Positions 36,240-36,637 of a stretch of 36,637 nt of DNA are shown here, piece by piece (position 1 is the first letter of the stretch; each line of letters begins with the position of its first letter). Made by a program: the position numbers and the translations under genes. A model generated the notes under the pieces. It was not told where the DNA came from. It did no database searches and saw only the letters and a list, made by a program, of their open reading frames with translations. Source of the DNA: Anaerolineales bacterium (GTDB taxonomy: Bacteria > Chloroflexota > Anaerolineae > Anaerolineales > UBA11858); the NCBI GenBank assembly GCA_036445875.1, contig JAZFRV010000227.1, positions 1-36,637 on the forward strand. Reading direction: 5' to 3'.

Positions 36240-36637
36240 TTATTTTCCCTTGACTGCCAGCACGCTTACCTGGGCTGCAACCTTTTCAGCAATATCATTT
36301 AAAGCGACAGAAACCGGCGAATCCGGATGAGAGAGGACAACGGGGACACCCGTGTCGCCACCTATTCTGACCTCGGGATCTATCGGAAGGGACCCGATAT
36401 AAGGCACCCCTGTCATAGCTGCTAATTTTTCTCCTCCACCGGAGCCAAAGATATCAATTTTTTCTCCGGAAGGAGTTTCCAGATAACTCATATTTTCAAC
36501 AACACCCAAAATTGGTATTTTCAATTCCTGGAACATATTAATCCCTCGCAGGGCATCATCGAGAGAAACTTGCTGGGGTAAAGTAACGATTAATCCACCC
36601 TGGAGTTCCAGAATCTGATTTAAGCTGAGCTGAACAT
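36240..36637 (-). CDS. apbC: Mrp/NBP35-family Fe-S cluster carrier ATPase, C-terminal part (5' end outside the window)
   Basis: The frame is open to the window edge. ...GGLIVTLPQQVSLDDALRGINMFQELKIPILGVVENMSYL...FGSGGGEKLA...PYIGSLPID matches the C-terminal half of ApbC/Mrp. The Met in the track ORF is internal. Confidence 0.8.
   Translation of the reverse strand, partial: VQLSLNQILELQGGLIVTLPQQVSLDDALRGINMFQELKIPILGVVENMSYLETPSGEKIDIFGSGGGEKLAAMTGVPYIGSLPIDPEVRIGGDTGVPVVLSHPDSPVSVALNDIAEKVAAQVSVLAVKGK

Noticed and set aside
35828-36253. 141-aa plus-strand ORF spanning the ricT 5' region and the spacer
   Set aside because: It is antisense to ricT and crosses the apbC terminator hairpin. No motif is recognisable.
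1-36637. Scan for CRISPR arrays, tRNA or rRNA genes, transposases, integrases, toxin-antitoxin pairs or defence systems
   Set aside because: I found no regularly spaced direct repeats, no tRNA-like T-arm or acceptor signatures, and no ORF with recombinase, nuclease or defence motifs. The window looks like core metabolism and envelope genes.

Overview
This window looks like a gene-dense (~90% coding) chromosomal segment from an anaerobic, moderate-GC bacterium. The gene content resembles Chloroflexota/Anaerolineae, but that is an inference, not a computed result. I saw no rRNA, tRNA, CRISPR array, transposase or integrase.

The left two thirds is mostly housekeeping and envelope genes:
- rsmD, an orphan ChlI-like AAA+ ATPase, and a PadR plus GyrI-like pair
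- a UDP-glucuronate decarboxylase plus GtrA pair, and a G5/beta-propeller lipoprotein
- scpB and rluB
- a very large Agl23/TIGR03663-like membrane protein fused to an NHL propeller
- msrPQ, sucCD, acpP, fni plus a polyprenyl synthase, and a zinc-ribbon/LysM protein

The most interesting part is a tightly packed run of ten minus-strand genes, about 14 kb (19753-33968). It encodes, in order:
- a GntR/FadR regulator
- two different 2-oxoacid:ferredoxin oxidoreductases
- a heterodisulfide-reductase-like module: a 1065-aa HdrA/NfnB(GltD)-like mosaic protein, MvhD, a fused HdrC-HdrB, and an HdrA-MvhD-zinc-ribbon fusion

The two ORF-track entries 21718-22368 and 19753-21702 are one hdrA gene. They are separated by a single in-frame TGA that falls on the conserved Cys of the CSxC motif (LDKVYPDIECSI-TGA-ILGPKMMDVGRHPNI). 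A stem-loop follows the TGA. I therefore read it as a selenocysteine codon with a bacterial SECIS-like element.

The right end carries an M20 amidohydrolase, ricT/yaaT and a 5'-truncated apbC/mrp. All functional calls come from motifs read in the supplied translations. No database search was run.
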